A program made the translations under genes and the position numbers. This document shows positions 22,180-34,886 of a stretch of DNA of 64,000 nt, piece by piece. The DNA is from Macrostomum lignano (taxonomy: Eukaryota), in NCBI GenBank assembly GCA_002269645.1, contig NIVC01000045.1, positions 434,001 to 498,000 on the forward strand, in the 5' to 3' direction. Positions within the stretch are counted from its first letter, which is position 1. The number at the start of each line of letters is the position of its first letter. The notes beneath the pieces were generated by a model that was given only the letters and a program-made list of their open reading frames with translations, did not search any database and was not told the DNA's origin.

Positions 22180-24480
22180 TAGTACTCGTTAAACTCGTTA
22201 CACAAATTGTATGCTCTCTTAACCGAAGTATTCTATTTCTTTTGTCTATTAAGAACTGTCTTAATAATGTATCTTGCCATAATCTGCATACAACACATAA
22301 TATATAGTATAAATTTGTTTAAAATTGTCCGCCTTTTTCACTAAAATTAGTATAAATACGAGCAAAATAAATCGATAGAGAGCCGAACTTCTGTGGCCGC
22401 CTCTTTGTAGTAGGCTTTGCCTTTCGGCCAAAATGAACAGTTGGTCTAAAAATAGATCAGACTCTGTGTCATTCTTTTGAAGGCGCCCGCCTTTCCCCTT
22501 CCCCAAGAGGTCTTGTTCAGCTTTAAGCGTACAACCGCCTCTCTCCTCTTCCCTTTAAGGCATTTGTTCAGCTATAAGCGTACAGCCCTTTTCCCTTCTC
22601 CCCAAGAGAACGTACAGTCTCTTCCCGAGTTAATTATCTCAAACCCCCTTTCCAGTTGAGCAGGCGTACCGCCTTTTTCCCCTTTTCCCCAGATCTCTAA
22701 TTTAACCTGGCGATCTGCCAACTCCCAATCCAGACGCACTGTCTGCCCAGGTCTTTGCCTATCAACAGGCCCTTCCCTTAAGATTACTCTACCTCCCTAT
22801 TCCATTAGACTTTCCGTACTTACTTAACTCCCCCTACTATTAGGCGCCCGGCCCTCATTCAATTCCCTATTAAGCGCATCCCTCCTACCGGGTGCGCGCA
22901 TTGAAACGTTACACTTACTATTTTTCGTTTTCGTTTTTCGTTTTTCGTCTTTGGGGCCTATAAATTCAGACACGAGTGACTTTAGAGAGTCTAAAGTTTG
23001 CATACAAAATTTGATTCCATTTGTTCCATTGATTCCACTATGACCATGAAATGGCCAAGTACGAGGAGATTTGAAAAAAGATAGTCGAAAAGCTTCGCGC
23101 GGATGAGAAGCCAGCGTCAATTGCAAGACAGCTTCGTGTCTCAAGAATGCGAGTCTACCGAACCAAAAAGCTCCTTAACGAGACTGGGGACACGAAAGCT
23201 CGGCATGGCGGTGGGCGCTCCTGCACATCTCGCACTGCTGCCACGATTCGAGCCATTAAACAACGGATTCGTCGAAATCCCAGGAGGAGCATCCGGCAGC
23301 TGTCACGTGACTTTAGCATGGCTGAGTCCACGATGAGGAAACTCATCAAAGATGACCTGGGCATGCACAGCAGGGCTGTTGTTACCCGGCACAGTGTGTC
23401 TGCCAACCAGAAGCGCTGTCGTGCAGAGAGGGCCAGAGGTCTGCTGAACTGGCTGAAGTCCCATGGTGGACTCGTGCACGTCTTCTCGTACGAGAAGCTG
23501 TTCACCATCGATGCTGTCGTCAACAGGAGAAATGATCGCTGCATCGTCTCTGGGCCAGTGTCGGAGATCCCAAGCAATGTTCGGGTGATTTAACACTGCA
23601 AGCACCCTGTCTCGGTGATGGTTCTGGGCGTCATCACGTCTGATGGCCAAAAGTGCCCACCAATCTTCATCGAGGCTGGTGTGAAAATTAACTCGGCAAC
23701 GTACCAGGAGCTGCTGAGGACACGAGTCTTGCCCTGGTTGCAGCAGAGGTACTCAGGAGGTGACTACGTGTTTCAGCAGGATGGCGCTCCAGCTCATACT
23801 GCGAGGACAACGTAGGCGTTTTTGGCGGCCAACTTCAGCAATTTCTGGAATAAGGACATCTGGCCTCCCTCATCGCCTGATTTGAACCCCTTAGACTTCT
23901 ATTTCTGGGCGCGTGTGGAGAAGGAGGCCTGCCGAGTTCAACATGGGAGCGTGGCGGATCTGCGTGCTGCCATCTGCAGGGCATGGGAAAAAAATTCCAA
24001 ACCAGGAAGTTGCCAGAGCTGTGCAGACTTTTCGGGAGCGTCTTCAGAGAGTCGTGGAAGCTGGTGGAGGATTTATCGAATAACCTTTTACTATATATGA
24101 TGGACTAACATATAGAGTATATTTTAATGCAATTGTGAGAAGTGTCATTTGGTCACTGTGCATGAAAATATATTTTTTGTAAAAGTGTAACGTTTCAATG
24201 CGCGCACCCGGTATGTCAGCATCCCTTATCAGTTATTAGAATTCCCCCTAGTGCGCCAGTTTCCCAGGCAACTCTGATCCATCGCGAAGCCCTTATTCCC
24301 CTTCCCCTCTCTAGATATCCGGACTGAGTAGAAATATAGTGTCTTGCCGCTCGGACACACCACGCCACCAGGAGCAACCTAAGGCTTACTCCTGTTAGTG
24401 GTAGTAATTGCATCTTTCTTCCCAAATCCTAAGAAATTCCCGAAAATCCCCGGCAACCCCCGACCCCTCTTATAGCAAAT
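22180..24480. repeat. Unclassified interspersed repeat, copy 1 (host of the mariner insertion; includes degenerate ~50-bp subrepeats near 22490-22600)
   Basis: Shares TTAACCTGGCGATCTGCCAACTCC, ATCCAGACGCACTGTCTGC and AGTGTCTTGCCGCTCGGACAC with 41295-41780. Confidence 0.75.
22888..24211 (+). mobile_element. Tc1/mariner DD37D (maT) transposon, inactive
   Basis: Perfect 29-bp TIRs at 22888-22916 and 24183-24211; TA TSDs; transposase ~23051-24083 with FQQDGAPAH...WPPSSPDLNPLDF (37 residues between the Ds); first D altered to FSYEK; three stops and one frameshift. Confidence 0.95.
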
Positions 24481-25399
24481 TCGGTTACAGCAGTATAATT
24501 GTTAAAAAGAGAGCCAAGAAGTCTGTAACACTTACAACCACTCATCTAAAGGGGATAACATCAGTCTACCACCACCCCCTCCCTGGAACAGCAAAAAAAT
24601 CTACATAATCTAAGGGCGAGAAGTAGCGGATTCTCACTTAAGTTACAGGACTTATAATTAATAGTATGCATCCAAAAAACTGAAAGGCTAAAATCCTTTT
24701 CAATCTGGCCTTCACTTGAGGCCAAAATAATTTGTATTTCGGCCTTTTTAAGAGCCAAATTTTATCGCAAACTGGCCTTTACTCAAGACTGAATTCTTTC
24801 TTCGGCTAGCCTCCGCTCAGTAAAAATGAAAATCAACCCCCCACGCACGCGATGCCCACAGCCATGTGAACTGAGAGATCAAACCCCAACCCCCCACTAA
24901 GCAGCCACTCACCCTACTCTAGACAATACTATCGATTTTACCTTGTGGATCGTACATTCTAGAAACTTCTAGAAACCGTCACCCAGCTAGCTATATTAAA
25001 CTAGAAGCATAAACAACCCAGACCTCTTCACTACCATGCATGCCATCTTTTGCGACATACCAAAAACGTTTAAAAGAACTCGAAGCTAAGTTAGAGCAGG
25101 AAAAGAGAAGGCAAAAATATTACACAGCAATAGTGATATAGCTAACTTAAATATTAAAGAACTTGGAATAGATCTTCCTTGAAAAGGAACAGTGATTTCT
25201 TAAAGTAAGTAGAGGTAAGACTCAAATCTGTGTACTTTTATCTGTGAATTTTTCTGGTACTTTTTATTGCTATTTATATCATTGTTTCATTTCTCAAAAT
25301 TTGAAGGTTATATTCCATCTGGAAGAAAAAATCCGCTTGAAACAACAAGAGTTAGAGAACAGAGTGAAATCGGAAAATATCCCCGATGGGCTTGACTGC

Positions 25400-25815
25400 A
25401 ATGTTTGGACACCCCAAGTGACGTCAGTCACGAGGTCTGGAGCACATTGGGACTCTGCCTAGATGTCCTGAGTGACGTCAGTTCTAAAAATAGAACGAGT
25501 CACGAGGTCTTGTGCAATGAAACAGAGGTGAATCCCGCGCTATAAATAGGACCCCTCTCCCCTTGTTTCCGTCAAGGAGTTTTCTGGTTGAGTTTTCGAT
25601 CTTCCGATTTTAAGCTTGAATCTGAGTCACTCATTCTCGAAGTGTCTGTTCTGCGTACAACATCTCTCTGCTATTGGTCTGAATGAAACCTAACTGAAAC
25701 CAACCCGAATCTAAGAGAGACTAACACAACCCTCCCTGTGTCAACCAAGCCCGGCAGGTGCTGCTGACGAGACGCCTAGTACGTTGAGCTGCAAATCTGC
25801 ACTTGGTGCTGTGCT
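25400..25815 (+). mobile_element. Probable LTR 3' portion with primer-binding-site-like sequence
   Basis: Two TGACGTCA motifs, TATAAATA ~25541, then CA-ct-TGGTGCTGTG resembling a tRNA-His PBS. Confidence 0.4.
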
Positions 25816-25991
25816 CGTTGACTTCGTTATTTCGTTCCGAAGGGAAGCTCACCTCACCGAAGGCCGAGACCTGAAGGAACTGGTGGCAGCACTACCTACG
25901 CTACTGAGAGCTAAGAGAACTTCCCACTGAAGAGGCTCGAGACTTAAGCTAATCTTAAGGGCCTAAACCGGGTAGCAAACAGCGTTCTACT

Positions 25992-26687
25992 TCACTTGGG
26001 ATAGAAATAGTAATCACCGGATGCTGATGTGAAATGCCTGTCTATCTTATATACATCAAGACTAAAGTATGGGTCTGTTGCTCTTTTCTTTGTGTCCTTC
26101 TCTAGCTCTCCTGGTAAGTAAAGGAGAGCTAAAGAATTCTTACCTTTCCTTAAGTAAAGGTAAAGGAGAGAGCGAAAGAAATCAGTGTTAGTAAGAATGT
26201 CCGGAGAATATATTCCTGGGAGCTTTGGATAGTGAGGGTTGAGAATCTGATGTTTTGATTCAACTGTGTCTTGTTTGATGGCAGTGATTGGTTTCAGGTT
26301 TGTCATTCGAGATCTTCATTTCACTTCATTGTTCAGTTGATTAATTACAGTGGGGAAACTTTCTGTCCACTTGGTATATAGTATTGGCCACTTTTTAGCT
26401 TTAGCTCTTCAGCTGTCTGTTTAGTGAATCTGCTTAGTCGCTTGGCTAGAATTAGATTGAATTTCTACACAAAAGCCTGGTCTCTGTGAAGCTCAGTTCT
26501 TCCGTAGCGCATTTTTGTATTGTTCTTTCCGATAAGGGATTTGACTGCATTTGACTTGCTTAGAGAGCCATATTTTAACTGTTTGTTTTGATTCATTACT
26601 TAGTTCTGCAAGTTTAGCGACTGCATTTTTTCCTACAAATAATAATTTGTCGCTGTAGTAGAGCTTTTGAAGTTTCTGATCTGTCAT
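25992..26687 (-). pseudogene. Polinton/Maverick-type retroviral-like integrase remnant, internally deleted
   Basis: KLQKLYY...VKIWLSKQ N-terminus, HRDQAFV*KFN core, YLPGELE..KKRATDPYFSL.VYKI C-terminus, recognised from memory of Polinton integrases. Confidence 0.65.
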
Positions 26688-26884
26688 TTTTAAAAAGAAA
26701 ATTTAAATAATAATAATGCAACGCGCTGGTGGTAACTTAGATTCACATGGACTGATAGAAAAGCTTCCTCATCCAAACAGAGGCTGGACAATTCCCGGCT
26801 ACAAATATTGCGGGCCTTTGAATCCACTTGAAATACAGTTAGATAATAAAAACAATCAATCAGCCTAGTGCTGCACGCCATAGA

Positions 26885-27760
26885 TATGTCCTAACCTTGT
26901 GTGACGCGACGTCGAAGTATCCGTGGGCCTATGCTCTGAGAAATCAGAAGGCCAAGACTATTATTAAAGTGATTCAGGAACAGTTCATTCCAATTTACGG
27001 TGTGCCAGCCCAGTTCCATTCTGATCAAGGGACTAATTTTACGGGCGCCGCCTTTAATAATTTTTGCAAATTATATGGGATAAGACACACAGTAACTTGT
27101 CCATATAATCCTGCATCTAATGGACTTGTTGAGAACCCGAATCGAAATATTAAGTCTGTGCTGACTTGTCTGTTAGAGACAAAGCACAAAGATTGAGCAC
27201 ACTATCTGCCAGCATGCTTAATAGCGCTGCGCACGGCTGTTCACTCAGTGACAGGATACAGCCCGCATTTTCTGATGTTTGGCCGCAAATTCAATTTGCC
27301 AATTGAAAATGAATTGCGCCACTCACCTGAGTACCAGAATTTGCCAGATTATGTGCGGCAATTTGAAGATAGACTGAGTGAGGCGACTGCCCTAGCAAAA
27401 GGGCGAATTCGTGCTCAGCAGGATTTGCGCGTAGATCACTTTGCCGGAAAACCGCAAGTAGATACGCTGCGGCCAGGACAATTGGTGTTCTTGGCGAATC
27501 CAGTGCTAGAGGCAGGTGAAGCGCCAAAATTACATAGACCGCGAAAGGCCGGCTATGAGGTGATCGAGCAGAAGGGCGAGCTGGTCTATAAGATCCGTCG
27601 CCAGATCAAGAATCGCCGTGCTCAAAAGGAGGTGCTTGTAGTGCACCGGAAGAATCTGCTCCCCATGCCAACTGCCGACTATCTCCCACAGGTCGCAGAA
27701 GCACAGCACCCGATACACCGACAGCGTTGTCATCCGGCGCCACAGGCTGCTACCTATTAA
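26885..27760 (+). pseudogene. Gypsy/Ty3 integrase core and C-terminus
   Basis: DATSKY, FHSDQGTNF, PYNPASNGLVE, TGYSPHFLMFGR, LRPGQLV; one in-frame stop at ~27194. Confidence 0.9.
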
Positions 27761-28139
27761 GATTTTTTTAAACTTTGGGCATCTTGGATATGCTTGTCGC
27801 ATGTCACTGACAATTGATCTCATCTGTTGCTAGACAGCAGGTTGGTTGAAGTATTACTTCTTAAATAGCTAGGTAATAGCACTGCTCTTAGGCTACAGTC
27901 CCACTTTGTATCTTTCGCTGCACACCTTACACTTAAATAATATTTCTCCTGTATGCACCCTGGAGTGGAGAGTGGAATATATAGTGAGTAGGGCCTATGT
28001 CAGGTGGCTCATTCCAGATAAGATGGACATATTTGGAAAATAGAAAAAAGTCAATATTTTTGCTCACCATTGCCTTGTTAGCTAATTTTTTTGCCAAAAG
28101 TTCTTTATGTAATATATACAATCTAAAAATAAAGGCAGT

Positions 28140-28572
28140 TGTTATTTGTTTGGTGACCGGACAAATAGCAATGTGGTTGGTTATTTGTCCGGTTACTGGA
28201 TAATGACCATGCTTTCCTATTCATCTGGTTAATACTGGACGAATAGACATTTTGTTATTTGTCCGGTTAAATTAATAATGCTAAAAACTCTTTCATAGAA
28301 ACTACATCTGGGTAAATATTCATAGACTTCAAAGACTTCTTACTCGTATCTTGATTATTATGTTGTTATACTAGTGTGTCTTATACACCAAATTATGCCA
28401 AATTAAATACACTGCTTTGCTTACACTAGTATACAAGAAAATATTAATCAGTATACAAGAAAAGGTCTTAAAAATCTAGAATATTCATCACAAAACAAAC
28501 GGATACTTGTGTTAGCAATTTAACCAGACAAATAGCAAAAAGGCTATTTGTCCAGTCACTGGACAAATAACA
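28140..28572. repeat. MITE-like segment with nested inverted GGACAAATA/TATTTGTCC motifs
   Basis: Left TTATTTGTTTGGTGACCGGACAAATAGC is approximately the reverse complement of right GCTATTTGTCCAGTCACTGGACAAATAA. Confidence 0.5.
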
Positions 28573-29295
28573 ACTGTCAAAAATGAATGGTAAAATGTTG
28601 GATTAGTATAATATCAATTGGCAAAAAGCCATTTTTGTATAAAATTGGACATTTTTCTAAGCAAAAGACTTTTACCTTTTAGTTTCTATATGTTTCTATA
28701 TTGTTATCAAGCCCAAGAAGAACTTTTTCAGTGCAAGATTATTTGACTATAAATATGTAAATGTAATATTCATATAGAATTCTTATGTTAGGATAAATAA
28801 TATATATTATACATTATAATTTATTGGAATAACAAATTATAGACTATAAATTAGCTAGATTTTTTATCAATTTTAATCAAATCAGCTGATGCTCGAAGCC
28901 AGCCACTGCCTGAGCTGCAATGCCTGAGCATGTTGCCTTGCAGGTGGCTGAGCAGGTGGCTGAGCATGCTGCTATGCAAGTGGCTATGCAATAATCCCAT
29001 AGTTCACATAGATACCCATAGTTATAAATAACAATTTAAGTATAATAATAAAGAAATAAAATCATTAACTTGTAAGCATTAACGGCTTGTAATCATTAAC
29101 GGTTTTACACGAAAGACTTTAATTTTATTGCAATTTTCAAATCAATATTTGGAAGAAAAACTGAAGTATAGTCTGTGTAAAACCGATCTGGGGCTTAGTT
29201 TATGAGTTTAAAAACACACTGATATAGATTGACACCTTTAGAGCTTTGTATATGATGTAATATACAATTCAGAATGATCCTCACGAATTTCAGAA

Positions 29296-32200
29296 ATGAT
29301 TTCGTCAAGAAAACTAAATGCGAAATCGAGAAAAAGACAATCTGAAGTAGTACTGATCGCTGGCCAACGCGGAAGGCCAAGGATATTGCGAACGTCTAAT
29401 GCGCGTAATGCACTGGAAAGTACTACATCGATTGCCACGGCTTCCTCGTGTTCCACAGTCACTGGCGGCAGTCTTTCACAAGATCTGGGTGCAGGGAACC
29501 ATGACTCTATGCCTGAACAGATTAGTAATGTGTTTGAACAGCCACCTGAATTCACGGAATGGAAAGACTACACAGCCATGGTGGAATTTTCCTGGAGTTT
29601 TCCGATGCGTTCATTGTCAGTACGATGTCTGCAGTGATTGTAAAAAGATAACGCATGGAAATTTTGCTGCTCACAAGTTCCTCCAGTGGAATGTATTTGG
29701 CAGTATAACGCTGTATTAAATTTGACGTAAAACAAAAGTATTTAGAATGCTAATAGCCTTAGTACCGAATAATATTTTTATAATACCGCATCTTATTTAC
29801 CCCTTTTCCTAGGCTCAATCGCTAATGTTTGAAGACATTCAAGAAGAAGAGCCTGTCTCTCTATTCTGCTGTAGCGAATCAAGCTTGTCTTCTGAGATTA
29901 CAACATCATCCGAAATTCAGATTGACATCAATGGAATTGTTTGCGCCAGAATTTATACGTGCAATCCTGTGATAAAGTTGATGCCATGCTAGCAAAAGGA
30001 TACTTTCCTGGAAGCGAGTCACGCGTTGGCGAATTGTTAACCTTTTTTTCAATTAGCTTTCTATCAACTCTTGACTCATTGTGCTTTGACGGTCAACTGC
30101 CACTGTCTCGTGCAATTACCTGTCTTTTCAAAGGCTCCGTCGTAGGACAAGGTCGCTGGAACCCTGGTTTAGCCGATCGAGTGTATCAGAGATTGCAGCG
30201 TAATGGAGTCCTACTGCGGTTTCAAGAGCTGCAGAGGTGTTCAGCAAGCTGGCCTGCTAGTTGTCTTTTGTGTCCTGACCAAAATTCAAGTCGGAAGTCT
30301 GTAGTTTGTGCTGACGCTCTATTTGGATGGCGAAGAGTACAAAGTATGGGTTCGAAGCAACGCCTAGTGCCAGATTCTGAACGCTCATTGCCGTCACCGC
30401 TTATTAATGTAGAACCAGCAATGTACCGCCTCCTACGAGTACGACACAAGTGTCTGCAGAAGGCTGCACTAACTGGAAGGCTGGAACGGAAAAACCCATG
30501 ATCAGGGCTAGCAAGCATGATGTCAACGGTTTCTTTGGTCTATTTTGCCGGCTGTAGAAAAATAACTGAAGAAATAACACTGGCCAGTGAATACGTAGAC
30601 AATAACAACTTGAAAAACCAAAACTCACCGATCGATAATCGGAAAACAAGATAAGAATGTACAGTACGTAGAGCGCGGTAGATAGAAGATGGACTTGGCA
30701 CACAGGGAATGGAAGAAAATGAAAAGGGAGAAGGTGAATTCTATTAGCGCAAGCTGAAATTTCGCGACACCGGCACAACAGGCTTCTGACAGGTTGCAAC
30801 ATTATTACAGCTGGTGAGGGCCTGTGCTATCCAGAAGACTCTTCGTCATTACCAAATGACACAGCCCGTCTCAAAGAATCTCATTTTTATCTATGATGTT
30901 GGTGAGTTGCTTTTAATCGTGTTTCTATCATGCTGTACTTATTTACACTATATACTTGTATGTGCATACGTACTGCGACACAGAGCTGAATTATTTATCT
31001 ATTTATTTACTTTATTTCCTAAAATCAGGTTGTCGCATTTCCAATCGTGTCAAGTCCATGGTGTCGGCTTCTGGCGTACAGCTTAACAGTGTCACGTGCG
31101 CTGTGAACGCCTTTCATGTGCTGGGCCACGAGAGACTGCCAACTAAAGTTCTCCGTGCGGGTAACTCCTGGAGCGGGTCTTTGCAACGGAGAGAATACGG
31201 AGCGCGCTTGGTCTGCACTACGACCGTTTGGTAAAAGCTTAAAGTACATGCGGTCCGATCGCAGAAGTGCTTGTATGTCTTACATCTTGCATTGCTTCAA
31301 TGCTAATCAGTTGTTGTACGCCTCCAAATCGTTTTCTGCTCGATTAAAACTAATAACTCGCACAGCCGCGTCTTGTTCAACTGAAATGGAGCAATTGCTT
31401 CTACAAGCTGACGATTTGATGCGGAACAACAAATTAACTTTTCCTGCCGGAATCTCTGACGCAGCCATTTTAAATCTTGCTCAACAATGGCATGCAGAAG
31501 CCATCAATCCCAATAGCGAATCTCCATTGAGCAGGGAACCTTACGCAAAGCTTAAGGTACTTGCTTTGGAACGATTCCATTGGATACGCCAGAGTGGCTG
31601 CTCAGATGGACAAAAGGAAAATCGAGCATGTCTACGCAAGGTTGCGGCTTTAAATGCAGACATTCGAATGGCCGCCCCCTCGCTTCCGCCAGGCCTTCGC
31701 GTTCCCACAATGATTCAGCTTCGCGACTTCCAGTCAGACTTCTACTTTGGTCTTTCGATCGATGTGTCTGAGAGGTTCAAGCGACGGGTGGTGACTTATA
31801 TCACAAGCTGAATCGACCTGTATAACTTTCGCCGACACATTTTTAGAAAGATCTTCCGACACTTTTTTATGACACTTAAAATGTCGCACAAAATGTCGGA
31901 AAAAGTGTCGGAAAAAGTGTCGTAACAGTTAACTTTCGCCGACGCATTTTCAGACAGATCTTCCGACACTTTACGACACTTAAAATGCCGCAAAAAGTGT
32001 CGAAAAAGTGTTGTAACAGTCAACATTCGCCGACACATTTTCCGACACTTTAATTAATGCTGCAAAAAGTGTCTGAAAAGTGTCGTACGGTTAACTTCTG
32101 CCGACACATCTTCCGACACTTAAAATGTCGCTTCTTAGAGCTAGGTGATGTACATGTAGCTCGTACTATTCATGTAAGCTTACATGTATGTTTGTTAAGT

Positions 32201-33456
32201 ACGCACTATGCAGCAGCCTGCAGTGCGCGTTTCAATTGTGTTGCGCGTCATTTAATTACATTAATTGATATACATATGTACACGTAAAAGTTGGCGTTTT
32301 ATTTTGACTACAAATAGCATGTATTGTAAATGAAAGGCATATTTACAGTGGGTTAATTGTTTAAATGATTTGATACGCATAAATGATCTTTGCTTTGCAA
32401 ATTCTGCCATACGTATCCAGGGCAAATAAAGCACTCATAAAGCTATGACGATTGCGTTTTTCTATCAACTCGCTTTTTTTAACGGATAAAGCAGACCAGG
32501 CGCGCACTGCACCTGGTAGTCAGCCAGCTCGCACAGTGCCAGTACATGTAGCTACTTATGCACAAAGTAGTATTTCGAAAAAGTTAGTATCCGTAACGTT
32601 CGAAAATTTGGACTCATTAAGTTCGAGCTTTCGATTCGGATTACTTTGGAGTGCCGTACTACGAGTATCTGATATTCTGACTTCACTGGCATTTAGTATT
32701 ACGTATTTACGTAGTAATTATAGCTAGCATTTTGTATTAATTTGACTGCAAATAAATTTAACACTGAAAATATGTCTTTCATTTACAATACATACTGTTT
32801 GTAGTCAAAAAAAAACGTTAACTTTTACATGTACATATGTATATCAATTAATGTAATTAAATGACGCGCAACACAATTGAAACGTGCACTGCAGGCTGCT
32901 GCGTAGTGCGTACTTAACAAACATACCTTTAGCTTACATGAATAGTACGAGCTATATTTACATAACCTAGCTCTAAGAAGCGACATTTTAAGTGTCGGAA
33001 AATATGTGTCGGCGAATGTTAACTGTTACGACACTTTTTTCGACACTTTATGCGACATTTTAAGTGTCGTAAAAAGTGTCGGAAGATCTGTCTGAAAATT
33101 TGTCGGCGAAAGTTATACAGGGCCTGAATCGACTAGCGGAGGAAAAGATCATTATTGTGCAAGAATGGCGTGACGTTCAAATTGAACTTGAACAGCACTG
33201 TGAAGCACTTAAAGAGCAACCTGTGTTGCCAGCCCACTTCTGATGCCTCTTTCAGACTGTTTTAAAGCAACTTCGAGCTCTTCGCTTTAATCAAATTGAC
33301 GCAAGCATTGCAGCTGCTGCTGCTGATGCGCAGCATCTAAACGACGCTGGTACTAACGTAAATCAGCCGGATGACGTTGAAGCCTCGAGTCATTCAGATG
33401 TTGAATCAAGTCGTGAGCAGTCTAAGTCAGATGAAGAATGGATTAATGGTATTTAA
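29296..33456 (+). pseudogene. KDZ (Kyakuja-Dileera-Zisupton) transposase with CxC-type cysteine cluster, spliced and disrupted
   Basis: CVHC..CSDC..H..H..W; IDINGI..GYFPGS; CLLCP..ADALFG; YDVG|C across a GT-AG intron; AFHVLGHE.CQLKFSVR..GAGLCNGENTERAWSAL. Confidence 0.8.
31817..33123. mobile_element. Non-autonomous foldback element with long modular inverted arms and a 9-10-bp TSD
   Basis: CTGAATCGA(C) at 31808 and 33124; termini CCTGTATAACTTTCGCCGACA / TGTCGGCGAAAGTTATACAGG; arms ~31817-32350 and ~32762-33123. Confidence 0.85.
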
Positions 33457-33627
33457 TTCCGTAACTCGAAACTGTTATCCTTAGGATAACCATATTGTGG
33501 ATGTAGACTAGCTTGTCTAAATAAAATACTAGGCCAGTAAAATAGTAATAATGATCTAGTAAGTGTTCAAACTCAAAAAGTTTGCTATGTGTAGCACTGC
33601 ATTTTATAAACGTTTACAGATTTCCAT

Positions 33628-33815
33628 TGGAAATTTGCTGTAAATTTTACCGCTTACCAAAGTAAGCAGTATTTCGGTTTTCAAAAAGCTGGCCGCTTTG
33701 CATTTCTTGCTGTGGCTTCCCGCTCTTAGTGGTGGGATTGATACTTAGTTCAATGCTGCAAAATACCGCTGTGCACTGTTTAATGTGCTGTGGAATTTGT
33801 TTTGCTCTGCAAAGT
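33628..33815 (+). repeat. ~190-bp direct repeat, copy 1 (copy 2 at ~36578-36770)
   Basis: TTTCAAAAAGCTGGCCGCTTTGCATTTCTTGCTGTGGCTTCCCGCTCTTAGTGGTGGGATTGAT is identical in both copies. Confidence 0.85.
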
Positions 33816-34466
33816 GAACTATGGATTAACCCCCTGAACGGTGTTTGGCCTCTCCGTGGCTCAGGGGATCCACGATTCGCTTTTAGAATCGGCTAACTGA
33901 ACACCATTTTTTCTGGTTTATTTTTCTCTGATACTTCTGTTAACAATTTTAGATATTTGATTCACTGATTACATATATAATTACGTGCAACTTTCTTGAA
34001 GCTGTTTTTTTCTTTCGTTTTTAATATTGCTTAATACTATTTATATTTTCACTTTTCGGTGTACTGCACTTTGACACTTTCACTGTACTTTGTCAGTTCT
34101 CACATGTTAGCCTGCGTTTAGACGCCCGCTATGCTGATAGTATATATGCATACTCCTACAAAAATAGCGTGAAAGTATAAAAGTGGAAATAATAAACCTG
34201 AAATAGACTTTTTTGTATTTTACTTTTATTACGCTATACGAATAAACAATTGCAGTGACCCATCCTGCCATGCACTTTTTATCCCGTTTATAGCAGCACT
34301 TTAGGCTTGGCTGGGGAGATTGAAAATGTAACTACCCACACTAAGTAATGGCACCCTCCTTGACCTGACCTGCAGCCTCATTAACTCGGAATCGAAGGTT
34401 TCAGATGGGAGGAAAGGATGTTCATGTGGGAGGTGATGAAGTACCTACTGCCTGGATGGCCTAGTC

Positions 34467-34741
34467 CAGTGGTCGGCAAACTTTACTTTAAGGGTCAGAT
34501 ACAGAACCTAGCGCATGACTGCGGGCCAGAGGAGAGAGAGAGGGAATAAGGAAGAGAAATAGGAGAAAGGAGAGGCAGGAAAATAAAGGAAAAAGAGAAG
34601 AGAAAAAATGAGAAAGGAGACTAAAGGAAATGATTAAGAGGAGAGATGAAATAAAAGAGAGGAGAGAAGAGAGGAGAGGGCAGGAAAGATTAAGAAAAGA
34701 GGCGAAATAGGAGATCGAAATAAAATATATTTTAATGAAAC
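34467..34741 (+). mobile_element. hAT (Charlie/MER58-like) terminal fragment followed by a purine-rich simple repeat
   Basis: CAGTGGTCGGCAAACTTT..AAGGGTCAGATA..GCGGGCCA; bracketed by a 26-bp duplication at 34443-34468 and 34742-34767. Confidence 0.55.
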
Positions 34742-34886
34742 ACCTACTGCCTGGATGGCCTAGTCCATCCATCTGTCACCGTAGTCTAAGGTTTCGTTTT
34801 CATGTTTTTCTACTTTTCAGGGAAAGATTCAGCGGCGCATTTTATAGATAAAGAAACAAGTTCAAATTGAAAATAATTTTATCGAT

